Origin: Dehalococcoidia bacterium | GTDB taxonomy: Bacteria > Chloroflexota > Dehalococcoidia > Lucifugimonadales > UBA3495 | Length of the DNA stretch: 64,000 bases | Reading direction: 5' to 3' | NCBI GenBank assembly: GCA_965222895.1 | Contig: CBDCVB010000001.1 | Coordinates: forward strand, 105,884 to 169,883 | Shown here: one piece after another, positions 10,328-20,778 of the stretch | How positions within the stretch are numbered: position 1 is the stretch's first letter | How the letters are laid out: each line of letters begins with the position of its first letter | The notes under the pieces: model-generated | Databases searched by the model: none | What the model was told of the DNA's origin: nothing | The model's input: only the letters and a program-made list of their open reading frames with translations | Position numbers and translations under genes: made by a program

Positions 10328-11439
10328 GCCGCGCGGCACATCTGGTACTGGAGGACGGCTCGGTGTTCACCGGCGAGTCCTTCGGTTCTCATCGGCAGGG
10401 ATGGGGCGAGGTTGTTTTCAATACCACCATGACCGGCTATCAGGAGGTGTTGACCGACCCGTCTTATGCCGGGCAGCTGATTACGTTGACCTACCCGATA
10501 GTTGGCAACTACGGGATCAATCGGTCGGATTTTGAGTCCCGCCGGATCCAGGCTGCCGGCCTGATCGTGCGGCAGCACTGCGATTTGCCCAGCCACAGCT
10601 CCAGCGACATGACCCTCCATGCTTTTCTGGAGGAATACGATATACCGGGCATCTGTGGAATCGACACGCGGGCGCTGACCCGCCGGATCCGCACCCGCGG
10701 CGTGATGATGGGTTTGGTTACGATAGAGGACCCGGAAGCGGCGCGGCAGCAATTGGCCGCATTGCCAAACTATGACAACCTTGATTTGGTTAGCGAAGTT
10801 ACAACCGCCAGCGGCTACTTTTGGAATGGCCTTGACGAATCGGCCGGCTATCCCAGCAAGCCGGCCCCCGCCGGTGTTCGCCGCATTTTGGTTACCGACG
10901 CCGGTCTGAAGTACAACATTCTCAGGATGTTGCAGATTCGTGGCTGCGAGGTGATTGCGGTCCCCGCAACCACACCCGCTGCCGATATACTGGCCATGCA
11001 TCCCGCCGGCGTGCTGCTGTCGCCGGGCCCCGGCGACCCGGAGCTGCTGGGAGGTATTGTAGAGAATGTTCGACAACTGTTGGGCAAGGTTCCGATGATG
11101 GGAATTTGCCTGGGTCACCAGCTGGCAGCACGGGCTTTGGGAGCGCATACTTACAAGTTGAAATTCGGGCATCGGGGCGGAAACCATCCCGTCAAGGACC
11201 TGAACACCGGTCAGGTACATATCACCGCGCAAAATCACGGGTATTCCGTGGATGCCGATAATCTGCCAGCGGGTTTAGAGGTATCTCATATCAACCTGAA
11301 CGATAATACAGTGGAGGGGTTATGGCATCGCGAACTTCCGCTGTTCACGATTCAGTACCATTCTGAGGCGTCGCCCGGCCCGCAGGATAACGAGTATCTG
11401 TTCGACCACTTCCTGCGCATGATTGACGACGCCGGTTAG
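10324..11439 (+). CDS. carA: Carbamoyl-phosphate synthase small subunit
   Basis: GEVVFNT..GYQE, GICLGHQ, QYHxEASPGP. Confidence 0.96.
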   Translation: MSRAAHLVLEDGSVFTGESFGSHRQGWGEVVFNTTMTGYQEVLTDPSYAGQLITLTYPIVGNYGINRSDFESRRIQAAGLIVRQHCDLPSHSSSDMTLHAFLEEYDIPGICGIDTRALTRRIRTRGVMMGLVTIEDPEAARQQLAALPNYDNLDLVSEVTTASGYFWNGLDESAGYPSKPAPAGVRRILVTDAGLKYNILRMLQIRGCEVIAVPATTPAADILAMHPAGVLLSPGPGDPELLGGIVENVRQLLGKVPMMGICLGHQLAARALGAHTYKLKFGHRGGNHPVKDLNTGQVHITAQNHGYSVDADNLPAGLEVSHINLNDNTVEGLWHRELPLFTIQYHSEASPGPQDNEYLFDHFLRMIDDAG

Positions 11440-11486
11440 CCGGTGGCTGTTGCCACTCCCCTGAACTGATTGCTGACATAGGGAGG

Positions 11487-11921
11487 TTGCCACTGATGAC
11501 TGGATTTACTGCCTTTTTGCTGGAGCAGGGTGTAGAAACCGAATTGCCGATTAGTCTGAATGATACGCTGAATATGCTGCAGGAAGTGGTTCCCACATTC
11601 GCGCACAACGAGCGGGGTTACCTGCTGGCGGCAGTAAGTCGTGGCCAGCTGGGTTCCCGCTGGGAACTGGCCGTAAAGGTAACCGACCCGGTTGTCGACC
11701 AGCCAATCAGCGAGCAGCCCGTTGGGTTCGTTCATGTTTCCAAATCCGGCCCCGACAGCACCACTTTCGTCATTCCCCCGCGGACACCGGACGGGGGCAT
11801 TGATTTGGAGCACTTTGATGCGGAGGGCGACTATTTTGGCGCTTTTATTTTCCAGACGATTACCGCCTTGGCTGACCGCGACCTGATGGAACTTTCGGGC
11901 GCGATGCCCCGCTTTGCTTAA
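11487..11921 (+). CDS. Hypothetical protein between carA and carB
   Basis: 144-aa ORF with GGGAGG RBS that fills the gap; no motif recognised. Confidence 0.55.
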   Translation: MPLMTGFTAFLLEQGVETELPISLNDTLNMLQEVVPTFAHNERGYLLAAVSRGQLGSRWELAVKVTDPVVDQPISEQPVGFVHVSKSGPDSTTFVIPPRTPDGGIDLEHFDAEGDYFGAFIFQTITALADRDLMELSGAMPRFA

Positions 11922-11969
11922 CCTCACTTCTCTTGATTTTGATGATGCAGCGCATTAGCGGATAACGAT

Positions 11970-14900
11970 ATGAGCAGCGCCACTGGCAAACCCCACAAGG
12001 TACTGGTCATCGGCTCCGGCCCAATCGTTATTGGTCAGGCCGCCGAATTTGATTACGCTGGCACTCAGGCGTGCAAAGCCCTGCGGGAAGAGGGTGTAAT
12101 CACGGTGCTGGTGAACTCCAACCCGGCCACCATCATGACCGACCGCGACATAGCGGATCGCGTGTACATTGAACCGCTCACCGTGCCGGTGCTGGAACGC
12201 GTCATCGCCACCGAGCAACCCGACGGCATACTGCCCACGCTTGGCGGGCAAACGGGACTCAATCTGGCGGTCGAACTGGCGGAGGCAGGTGTTCTGGACC
12301 GCTATGGCGTGCGGCTGTTGGGAACTCCGCTGGACACCATTCGCAAGTCGGAAGACCGGGATTACTTCCGCCGCTTTTTAAACGAAATCGGCGAACCGAT
12401 GCCACCGAACCGCACGGTTTCCAACTGGGCCGAAGCTCGGGAATATGTGGCAGAAGTAGGGTTGCCGCTGGTAATTCGGCCGGCGTACACCCTGGGCGGC
12501 ACCGGTGGAGGAATCGCCAACACCGAGGAAGAATTCTCTGCTCTTGTAGACAGCGGTCTCTCCGCCAGTCCCATCAGCCAAGTGTTGCTGGAACGTTCTC
12601 TGGTTGGTTGGAAGGAGATTGAATACGAGGTTATTCGAGACGGAGCCGACAACTGCATAACTGTGTGCAACATGGAGAACCTGGATCCCATGGGCGCGCA
12701 CACCGGCGACAGCATTGTCGTAGCGCCCAGCCAGACGCTGACCGACAAAGAGTACCAGATGCTTCGCACCGCCAGCCTCAAAATCATCAGAGGGTTGGGG
12801 ATTGAAGGCGGATGCAACATCCAGCTGGCAACACGACCCCATCCGGATGCCCTGCGAGCGCGTCCCAGCGATTGGGAAGCCGATTCGGATTATTACGTCA
12901 TCGAAGTCAATCCGAGGGTCAGCCGGTCGTCGGCGTTGGCCAGTAAGGCAACCGGGTATCCCATCGCCCGGGTTTCCGCGAAAATCGCCGTCGGCAAGCG
13001 GCTGGATGAAATCCCCAACGCAGTAACCGGAACCACCAGCGCAGCATTCGAACCCGCGTTGGACTACTGCGTGGTAAAAATCCCCCGCTGGCCCTTTGAC
13101 AAATTCCCGAACGGCGACCGCCAAATTACTACGCAGATGAAAGCCACCGGCGAAGTGATGGCCATCGACCGGAGTTTCGAAGCCGCCCTGCAAAAAGCCA
13201 CGCGTTCATTGGAACAAGGCAATTCTTCGCTGCTTTGGGAAGCCGGTGAATGGCGGGAAATGCTGGCCAGCGGCGACAAAGCCCGCATTCTGCAGGAGTT
13301 GCCTTTATACCCCAATGACTTGCGGCTGTGGGCGCTGACTTCGGCATTGCGCCGGGGCATCACGCGTGATGACCTGGTGGTCGAGACCAGCATCGACCCG
13401 TGGTTTATCGCTGCGTTGGAACGCATCGTAGACCAGGAACGCCGGCTGTTGGGCAACCCATTGACGACGTCCGCGCTATTGGCGTCAAAACGCCTGGGGT
13501 TCTCTGACGCTGAGATTGCCACTTTGTCCGGCTTGCTGCCAGAACAGGTGCGCCAGATGCGGCTGCAGTACGGCATCAAGCCGGTTTACAAGATGGTGGA
13601 TACCTGCGCCGCGGAGTTCGAAGCAGCCACCCCGTATTATTACAGCGCATACGAAACCGAAAACGAGGCGCCTCCACTGGCCGGAGCCAAGGCCGTGGTC
13701 ATCGGCAGCGGCCCCATCCGCATTGGCCAGGGCATCGAGTTTGATTATTGCAGCGTGCATGCCGCCTGGGCGCTGTCCGAGGCCGGGGTTTCCAGCATAA
13801 TGATTAACTCCAATCCCGAAACGGTGTCGACCGATTTCGACACCAGCGACCGGCTCTACTTTGAACCGTTGGACGAAGAATCCGTCCGCGACATCATCGA
13901 CAACGAAACCGTAGGGGATAACGTCCCACCCTCGTTGGTGCAATTTGGCGGACAGACTGCCATCAACCTGAGCCAGTCCCTGGCGGCGGCGGGATTGCCG
14001 ATCCTGGGTTCCAGCGCCGAAGCGATTGACATTGCCAGCGACCGGCAGCGTTTCGAGCGTTTCCTGGTGAACCTGGGCATCCCCCAGCCGCCGGGCGCTA
14101 CGGTGCAGTCCGTTGACCAGGCGCTGACCGTGGCCCAGCGTATCGACTATCCGGTGGTAGTGCGCCCCAGTTACGTTCTGGGTGGGCGAGCAATGGAAAT
14201 CGTGGGCAATGCCACCGAGCTAATCCGGTATCTCACGATTGCCACCGAGGTTACCCCGGAACGCCAGGTGTTGGTGGACCACTACATGGAAGGGCGGGAA
14301 TGTGAAGTCGATGCCATCTGCGACGGAGAGACGGTGTTAATTCCCGGCATCATGGAGCACGTTGAACGTGCCGGCGTGCACAGCGGCGACTCGATGGCCA
14401 TCTACCCGGGGTTGAACCTTACCGACGACGAAGTGGAAACGCTTGTTGAATACACCACGCGTATCGGCCTGGCGTTGGGTGTACGCGGCTTGATGAACAT
14501 TCAGTTCGTATTGCAGGGCGGCAACGCTTACCGAAGTCCCAGCACGCGTCAAAACGGGCCGACTGAACCCACCACCGTTTACGTCCTGGAAGTGAATCCG
14601 AGGGGCAGTCGCACCATCCCGTTCATCTCCAAGGTCACCGGCGTGCCGGTGGCCAAGCTGGCAACCCGCGTGATGCTCGGCTCCACTCTGCGGGAGTTGG
14701 GCTACGAAGGCGGACTCTGGCCGAAACAACGGCTGGTCGGCATCAAGGCTCCGGTGTTTTCGATGTCCAAGCTGGTCGGGGTGGACTGGTATCTGGGCCC
14801 GGAGATGAAATCTACCGGCGAAGTGATGGGGCTGGATCGGGATTTCGCTTCTGCGTTGACCAAGGCGCTGCAAGCTGCCAGCATCAACCTGTCACCCGGG

Positions 14901-15305
14901 ATGGGCGTGTTGCTGAGCATATCGGACCAGACCAAGGCCCATGCCCTGCCGTTGGTTCGAGGTCTGGCAGCTGCCAATTGCCATCTGTACGCTACGGAGG
15001 GCACGGCGGCGATGATCCGAGCGCTGGGCTTGCCGGTTACAACGATAACCAAGCGCATCGGCGACGGTTCACGCGACGTGCTGGATGTGATCAACGACGG
15101 AACTGTCGGTGCGGTGGTAAACACCCTTTCCGGCGACACGTCGGTCATGGAAGATGGGTTCTACATCCGTCGGGCAGCCGTGGAACGGCGAATTCCGTGT
15201 TTCACATCGCTGGATACGGCCCGGGCCGCGATGGAAAGTATGCTCAGCGGGTTGGACAACTACAGCGTCATGACCACCGACGAGTATCTGGCTCCGCCGA
15301 AGTAG
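11970..15305 (+). CDS. carB: Carbamoyl-phosphate synthase large subunit
   Basis: GSGPIVIGQAAEFDY, two ATP-grasp domains, MGS domain. Confidence 0.97.
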   Translation: MSSATGKPHKVLVIGSGPIVIGQAAEFDYAGTQACKALREEGVITVLVNSNPATIMTDRDIADRVYIEPLTVPVLERVIATEQPDGILPTLGGQTGLNLAVELAEAGVLDRYGVRLLGTPLDTIRKSEDRDYFRRFLNEIGEPMPPNRTVSNWAEAREYVAEVGLPLVIRPAYTLGGTGGGIANTEEEFSALVDSGLSASPISQVLLERSLVGWKEIEYEVIRDGADNCITVCNMENLDPMGAHTGDSIVVAPSQTLTDKEYQMLRTASLKIIRGLGIEGGCNIQLATRPHPDALRARPSDWEADSDYYVIEVNPRVSRSSALASKATGYPIARVSAKIAVGKRLDEIPNAVTGTTSAAFEPALDYCVVKIPRWPFDKFPNGDRQITTQMKATGEVMAIDRSFEAALQKATRSLEQGNSSLLWEAGEWREMLASGDKARILQELPLYPNDLRLWALTSALRRGITRDDLVVETSIDPWFIAALERIVDQERRLLGNPLTTSALLASKRLGFSDAEIATLSGLLPEQVRQMRLQYGIKPVYKMVDTCAAEFEAATPYYYSAYETENEAPPLAGAKAVVIGSGPIRIGQGIEFDYCSVHAAWALSEAGVSSIMINSNPETVSTDFDTSDRLYFEPLDEESVRDIIDNETVGDNVPPSLVQFGGQTAINLSQSLAAAGLPILGSSAEAIDIASDRQRFERFLVNLGIPQPPGATVQSVDQALTVAQRIDYPVVVRPSYVLGGRAMEIVGNATELIRYLTIATEVTPERQVLVDHYMEGRECEVDAICDGETVLIPGIMEHVERAGVHSGDSMAIYPGLNLTDDEVETLVEYTTRIGLALGVRGLMNIQFVLQGGNAYRSPSTRQNGPTEPTTVYVLEVNPRGSRTIPFISKVTGVPVAKLATRVMLGSTLRELGYEGGLWPKQRLVGIKAPVFSMSKLVGVDWYLGPEMKSTGEVMGLDRDFASALTKALQAASINLSPGMGVLLSISDQTKAHALPLVRGLAAANCHLYATEGTAAMIRALGLPVTTITKRIGDGSRDVLDVINDGTVGAVVNTLSGDTSVMEDGFYIRRAAVERRIPCFTSLDTARAAMESMLSGLDNYSVMTTDEYLAPPK

Positions 15306-15359
15306 GCTGTTTCCGGATTAGGCCCGGCGTATCGTAAAACTCGCCGGAGTGGTAGCGGC

Positions 15360-16313
15360 CTAGAGCGGTAGTTCCGTACCCAGCCCCAAGGCTTCGGCAC
15401 GCTCCAACACTAGCTTGGCGGCGGCCACATCGGCGACACCGGTGCCCATGAGCTTGCAGTACACTTTGTCTTCAGTGCTTTGTCGCGCCGGAATCATGCC
15501 GGCCACGACGTGCCGCAGTTCGTGGAATTGGCTCCATTGTACCAGTCCTGAATCCACCGCGGCGGTGATGTCGCCGCATTCCCGGGGGGCCTGTGCCATG
15601 GAGTCTACGAACCGCCGGTCTGCATTGGCCAGCACCGCGTCGTCAACTTCTCGGAAGCGACGAAGCGTCGGCCCCGCGCCGATGACCGTCGTCCCGGCAG
15701 ACACCCATTCGCCCTGGACGACGGGCGTTTGCGTGGCTGCGATGGCAATGACAATATCCCGATCCGCCACAGCGTCGCGATTGGTATCCACTGCGACAAC
15801 GGGCAGGCCCAATTCCTGGGTCATGCGAGCGGCGAACGCGCTGCGGTTTTCCGGGTTTCGGCTGTAAGCGCGCACTTCGGCCACGTTCCTGACGGCGCAA
15901 ACGGCCCGCAACTGGTCGCCGGCCTGATTGCCGGTACCGATTATGCCAACGGTGGCAGCATCAGGGTTGGACAGGTGCTTTACGGCCACGCCGGTGGTAG
16001 CGCCGGTGCGGAGTTGCCCCAAACGGTTCGCCTGCGTGTACAACAGCAACCGCCCGGTGTCGGCGTCATACAAACTGACCTGGAAGAAATAGCCGTTGCT
16101 GGTGGACGTGAAGGTTTTGACGCCCATTATGCCGCCGTAGTTCAGGGCTCCACCCATCACAGCCAGGTAGCCACCCGGTGTAGCGACGCGTTGCCGCGTC
16201 AGGTTCACAGCCTCGCCCCGACCGAAATGCGCTTGCATCTCTTCAATTGCGGGCAGCATTTGCGCCAGATCGACACACCGGTCAACGTCAGCGTCGAGCA
16301 GGAAACGGGCCAT
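15360..16313 (-). CDS. Ornithine cyclodeaminase/mu-crystallin family protein
   Basis: LRTGA, GIIGTGNQA, GTGVADVAAA. Confidence 0.88.
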   Translation of the reverse strand: MARFLLDADVDRCVDLAQMLPAIEEMQAHFGRGEAVNLTRQRVATPGGYLAVMGGALNYGGIMGVKTFTSTSNGYFFQVSLYDADTGRLLLYTQANRLGQLRTGATTGVAVKHLSNPDAATVGIIGTGNQAGDQLRAVCAVRNVAEVRAYSRNPENRSAFAARMTQELGLPVVAVDTNRDAVADRDIVIAIAATQTPVVQGEWVSAGTTVIGAGPTLRRFREVDDAVLANADRRFVDSMAQAPRECGDITAAVDSGLVQWSQFHELRHVVAGMIPARQSTEDKVYCKLMGTGVADVAAAKLVLERAEALGLGTELPL

Positions 16314-16341
16314 AGGTTTCTTGCGAGGTTACGGGTAGCGG

Positions 16342-16584
16342 TCAGGAGGTGAAAAAGCGCCGGTTGATCTGAATATATTCCCGGGAGCCGGCGGGCATAG
16401 TGAACTCGTCGAAGATTGCTGAAACCGGGCACACGGCTACGCAATATGCACAGTCGATGCAATCGGCAGGATTGATATAGTACATTGGCGCATCGTCGTC
16501 GGTATGGATGCAGTCCACCGGGCAAACCTCGACACACGAGGCGTCCTTGACCCCTTCGCAGGGTTGCGTAATCACGAATGCCAT
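16342..16584 (-). CDS. 7Fe (FdxA-type) ferredoxin
   Basis: MAFVITQPC..KDASCVEVCPVDCI..CIDCAYCVAVCP; GAGGT RBS before ATG 16584. Confidence 0.9.
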   Translation of the reverse strand: MAFVITQPCEGVKDASCVEVCPVDCIHTDDDAPMYYINPADCIDCAYCVAVCPVSAIFDEFTMPAGSREYIQINRRFFTS

Positions 16585-16956
16585 CAGATTACCTCGGCGT
16601 ACGGGCGCAGGATGGCGATCCATGTTCCAGTCTGTTCACGGGTCGCGGCGCCCAGATGTTGCCCGTTAATTGTATGTATTCTGCGGTTTGTTCCGATATT
16701 TTGTCAAGGCATACGGGCCCCATATCGCTATTCCCAACGCTAATGCACCAGCATCGGTATCATTGACGTTCACACTCAAAGCCCGGTCGCAGGGTGGCGC
16801 AGCCAGTCGGGTTGGGGCGCCGATGCTGATACTGGTTACCGAACGGGGTCGAATGTTGCGGCCTGCATTGCATTATCCGTTGCGTTGATATAATATATCG
16901 GACAACAAACGACATTATGTCGTTGGCAAGGCGTTGACCGCCAAGGTGGACTACCA

Positions 16957-17916
16957 ATGGAACTACGCGAAATTATCAGTTTTTACCACGTAGCCCGCCT
17001 GCGCAGCGTATCGAAGGCTGCGCGGAAGCTGGAACTGGGTCAGCCCACGGTTACAACTCACCTCAGGAAGCTGGAGGGAGAGTTCGGAATCATCCTCTTT
17101 GACCGGATAAAGCGTCCGATACAGCTAACCTCGGAAGGTACGCTTTTCTACGAGTTGGTAACACCCATCGTGGAGTCCATCGACACCTTGAAGACGCAGA
17201 TGGATTACACGGAAGGCCGGGGTTCTTTCGTGGTCGGCGCCTACCCGGACATCGTGTCCTATCATCTGCCCAGGCCGATTCGACGTTTCCGTAACCAATT
17301 CCCGGACGTGAAAATGCGTCTGGTCGCCCGGTCTTACGCTAACCTGATCCAACTAGTGAAGTCGGGAGAGGTGGATCTGGCGTTGTGCTCGGCACCCCCA
17401 GCCGACGATTCGTCCCTGGAATTTGCGGAACTCTTTGACTATAACGTAGTGCTCATCACCGCCCCGAGGCACGAGTTGTTGCAGCGGGAGCAGGTCACGA
17501 TTGAAGATATGGCGGCGTGGCCGCTCATTCTCAACAGCCCTGAGAGCATGAGCCGGCGACGCGTGGAACAAAAATTGCGTGAGAAGGGCGTTGCCTACGA
17601 CGTAGTGCTCGAGATGGATAACACCGAGATGATCAAACGGTACGTAGCCATCGGCATGGGCATCGCGATTGTCAGTGATTTCACACTGCACCCCGAAGAT
17701 CATGACCGACTGGCTGTGGTGAGACTGGACCACCTGTTTCCGGCGGCGAACATGGGGATCTGCACATTGCGAGGGAAGTTCCACGGTCGGGGAGTGCGCA
17801 ATTTCATCGACACCCTCTCAGAAAGCCTGTCCGGTTTCCACGCGGACCTTTGGGACTGGGACGTTGACCACGGGGGAGAGCCGGCGGCGCAGGCCATTGC
17901 CAGTGGTACTCAATAA
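16957..17916 (+). CDS. LysR-family transcriptional regulator
   Basis: HTH SVSKAARKLELGQPTVT; IKRYVAIGMGIAI (CysB/CbbR-like). Confidence 0.92.
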   Translation: MELREIISFYHVARLRSVSKAARKLELGQPTVTTHLRKLEGEFGIILFDRIKRPIQLTSEGTLFYELVTPIVESIDTLKTQMDYTEGRGSFVVGAYPDIVSYHLPRPIRRFRNQFPDVKMRLVARSYANLIQLVKSGEVDLALCSAPPADDSSLEFAELFDYNVVLITAPRHELLQREQVTIEDMAAWPLILNSPESMSRRRVEQKLREKGVAYDVVLEMDNTEMIKRYVAIGMGIAIVSDFTLHPEDHDRLAVVRLDHLFPAANMGICTLRGKFHGRGVRNFIDTLSESLSGFHADLWDWDVDHGGEPAAQAIASGTQ

Positions 17917-18049
17917 GTTGATGGCGGCCCGAGGTTAATTAACCACGATCCCGGGCCTCCATCCGTATGTAGTTCCAGAGGCGTCAGCGGTCAAAGAGGC
18001 CCGTAGCCCGGAAGCCCGTGATCTGGCAATCCGCGGCTTTATGCGCTGG

Positions 18050-18796
18050 TTACGGTAATCGACCCAGAAAGTCAGTGCTGCCTCGCGCAACCCAGCCGTT
18101 CCACGACGTCATCAGGAACCTGGCCCCCTTTTCCACGTAAGACGCTACGTTGTCATCGTTGACGAGGGTTCCGGCGGTTCGGCCGGCGCTGACGATGCGG
18201 GCCAGAGCGTCGTCAATCGCGGCCTGAACTTCGGGATGGCCCACGTTGCCGATGTGCCCCATGGTTTGAGATAAATCGGTCGGGGCCACGAAGAACACGT
18301 CAATGCCATCGACCTTGAGGATTTCATCCAGATTGTCCAGGGCCGTGACTTCCTCGATCAGGACGACTACCATCGTCTGGTCATTGGCCTTATGGACATA
18401 ATCCGGCACGCCGAAGGATTGACGGCCACCGAACATACCGCGGTAACCCAACGGGGCAAACTTCGCAGACCCTACGGCCGCTTCTGCTTCTTCACGCGTG
18501 TTGACATGAGGCAGGACCACGCCCATGGAGCCCCGGTCCAGTGTGCGCGTGATGAACCCGGCGTCATTGGCGTTGCAGCGCGTGATTGATGCCATCCCCC
18601 AAAGATCGCACGCTCGTGTCATATCGCCCAGCGTTTCCCAATCCACCGGCCCGTGTTCACATTCCATCCACACTGAATCGAAACCCAGCGGCCCCAGAAA
18701 ATCGATGATTTCGCTGGACAACAACCCGGAAATGCAGGTCGCCGGTTGGCCCCGTTGCAGCTTGTCCTTTACTGGATTTGGTCGTATTGCAGGCAC
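18050..18796 (-). CDS. HpcH/HpaI aldolase family protein
   Basis: ECEHG, LDRG..G..LPHV, VLIEE..ALDNLDEI, VAPTDL. Confidence 0.88.
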   Translation of the reverse strand: MPAIRPNPVKDKLQRGQPATCISGLLSSEIIDFLGPLGFDSVWMECEHGPVDWETLGDMTRACDLWGMASITRCNANDAGFITRTLDRGSMGVVLPHVNTREEAEAAVGSAKFAPLGYRGMFGGRQSFGVPDYVHKANDQTMVVVLIEEVTALDNLDEILKVDGIDVFFVAPTDLSQTMGHIGNVGHPEVQAAIDDALARIVSAGRTAGTLVNDDNVASYVEKGARFLMTSWNGWVARGSTDFLGRLP

Positions 18797-18847
18797 TGCA
18801 ATCCTCCTGGTATTTGATGTGTCGGCAGTATAACAGCAGGGCTATCG

Positions 18848-19606
18848 CTACTGTTTGACCTCGTACCCGCGTGGCGTAACCATGCGACCCTCATGGACGT
18901 AGGTGTTGGAGTTGCCGATGACTACGGTGGTGAACATATCCACGCCCAGGTTAGCGCCGTCCAGTCCACCCAGGTCGGCCAGGGATACCGCCTGCTCGGG
19001 GCGGTAGGCGTGTCGCACGATGCCCACCGGTGTGGAGGCTGGGCGGTGGTTGAGAAAAATATCTCTGGCGTCGTCAAGCTGATGGGTGCGTCGTCGGCTG
19101 CGCGGATTATAGAGTACGGCTACGAAATCGCCAGCAGCGGCCGCCTCCAGCCGGCGGCGGATTTGCTCCCAGGGTGTCAGCAGGTCACTGAGGCTGATGG
19201 CACAAAAATCCTGCATCAGCGGCGAGCCCAACAAGGCGGCGGCGGATTGCAAGGCGGACACTCCCGGAACGGTCTCCACCACCGGGTCGTTTCCGTTCCA
19301 ACCGCGGTCGGTCAACACCCGGTATACCGGCCCGGCCATGCCGTAGATGCCGGCATCACCGGACGAAACGACTGCCACGGTGCGCCCCGAATAGGCGATA
19401 TCCACTGCCAACGCGGCGCGTTCCAGTTCCTGACCTAATTCCATTGAGTGCAAAACTTGGTCCGTTGCAGACCCGGCAACCTGGTCGATGTAAAAACGAT
19501 AACCGACGAGTTCGTCGCTATCGGCGATGGCTGCTAGCGCCGCCGGCGTCAGGTGCCCCCCGTCTCCGGGGCCCAGCCCCACCAGATACAGCTTTCCCAC
19601 GCTCAT
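18848..19606 (-). CDS. cbiH: Cobalt-precorrin-3B C17-methyltransferase
   Basis: VGLGPG, SSGDAGIYGMA, DFCAISLSDLLTPW, TPRGY. Confidence 0.93.
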   Translation of the reverse strand: MSVGKLYLVGLGPGDGGHLTPAALAAIADSDELVGYRFYIDQVAGSATDQVLHSMELGQELERAALAVDIAYSGRTVAVVSSGDAGIYGMAGPVYRVLTDRGWNGNDPVVETVPGVSALQSAAALLGSPLMQDFCAISLSDLLTPWEQIRRRLEAAAAGDFVAVLYNPRSRRRTHQLDDARDIFLNHRPASTPVGIVRHAYRPEQAVSLADLGGLDGANLGVDMFTTVVIGNSNTYVHEGRMVTPRGYEVKQ

Positions 19607-20766
19607 TAATTGCTCCCTTGTGGTGCGGCGATGCGTGCGATGGCAACCGTCGCCCGGTCTGATTTGGTGCGCGAGACTACCAGTCCGCTGGCGCCGGCCG
19701 CCAGCATGGCCGCCGGTTCGGACACACCAAACACTCCCAACAAATCTTGTGCCGCCGACGGCGTAGCGGTTTCCAAGCGACTGCCGGCCGGGGCTGCGAC
19801 GGGTTGGCGTTCTGCCGCAGCATTCAGCTCAGCAGCGGTGTACGCGCGCAGTGGAATGCCCAGCTGTTCGGCAAGCGCTACCAGACCCCTCTCGTTGGCT
19901 TTGATGTCCGCGGTCGCCAGCGAAGCGAGACTATTGATCGACAAATTATGGGTTTCCAGCGTGGTTTCGAGCAGTTCTTTCAGGTGTCGTTCATCGACGT
20001 CCCGTCGGCAACCGACGCCGGCCACCAGTGTGGGAGGGCGGTAGACCACCACGGTCGGATTGGAGGCGGATAAACCCTGCGGAAAAGGTTCCAGCCGATC
20101 TGAGACTACCAATATTGCGCGAAATTGTGCGCCGAACGCATCGTTCACGTTTGCCACGGCGACGACACCATCTGATGGTGGAACGTCATCGGGCCAGCAC
20201 GCTCCGGTTTTGGGGTCGAACCACAAGGCAACCGGGCCGCCGTTCACGACCGCCGCTGCCGCACGGGTCAAGTCCGTTGGGGTTGCTTCGATTTGCCACC
20301 CCGAACCGCGTCCCACCAGGTCGACGGCGGTTACGGCCAGCGCGTCGGATGCCGACGTAATAACGGGTTGGGCGCCAATGGCGGCGGCAATTTCGTTGGC
20401 CAGGGCGTCGGCCCCGCCGTGGTGCCCGGATAGCAGGCTGATCGCGTAGCGTCCCGCGTCGTCCACGCATACCACCGCAGCGTCCCGCCGTTTGTCGACC
20501 AACACGGGCGCCAACAGTCGAACAGTGGCGCCCACCGGCAGAAATACCACCAGGCGCCGGTAACTGGTGAACAAGCGCTGCAACACCGGACGCAGCGGCA
20601 GGTCGTACAGCCTGACACCCGGCGTTTCGGCCAATTCCCCACCGGTGATTTTGCGTTCCAGGTAGAGATCGGAATCCGCGATGGATGCCGCCAAGTCCAT
20701 GGCCAGCGCAGCGCCGGGGCGCGAAACCGCGACGATGGCAGTTTTGTCGGCGGGAAATTCAGGCAT
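19606..20766 (-). CDS. cbiG: Cobalt-precorrin-5A hydrolase
   Basis: SLLSGHHGGA, GVGCRR, GVSEPAA. Confidence 0.9.
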   Translation of the reverse strand: MPEFPADKTAIVAVSRPGAALAMDLAASIADSDLYLERKITGGELAETPGVRLYDLPLRPVLQRLFTSYRRLVVFLPVGATVRLLAPVLVDKRRDAAVVCVDDAGRYAISLLSGHHGGADALANEIAAAIGAQPVITSASDALAVTAVDLVGRGSGWQIEATPTDLTRAAAAVVNGGPVALWFDPKTGACWPDDVPPSDGVVAVANVNDAFGAQFRAILVVSDRLEPFPQGLSASNPTVVVYRPPTLVAGVGCRRDVDERHLKELLETTLETHNLSINSLASLATADIKANERGLVALAEQLGIPLRAYTAAELNAAAERQPVAAPAGSRLETATPSAAQDLLGVFGVSEPAAMLAAGASGLVVSRTKSDRATVAIARIAAPQGSN

Positions 20767-20778
20767 CGGCCGGCCAGA

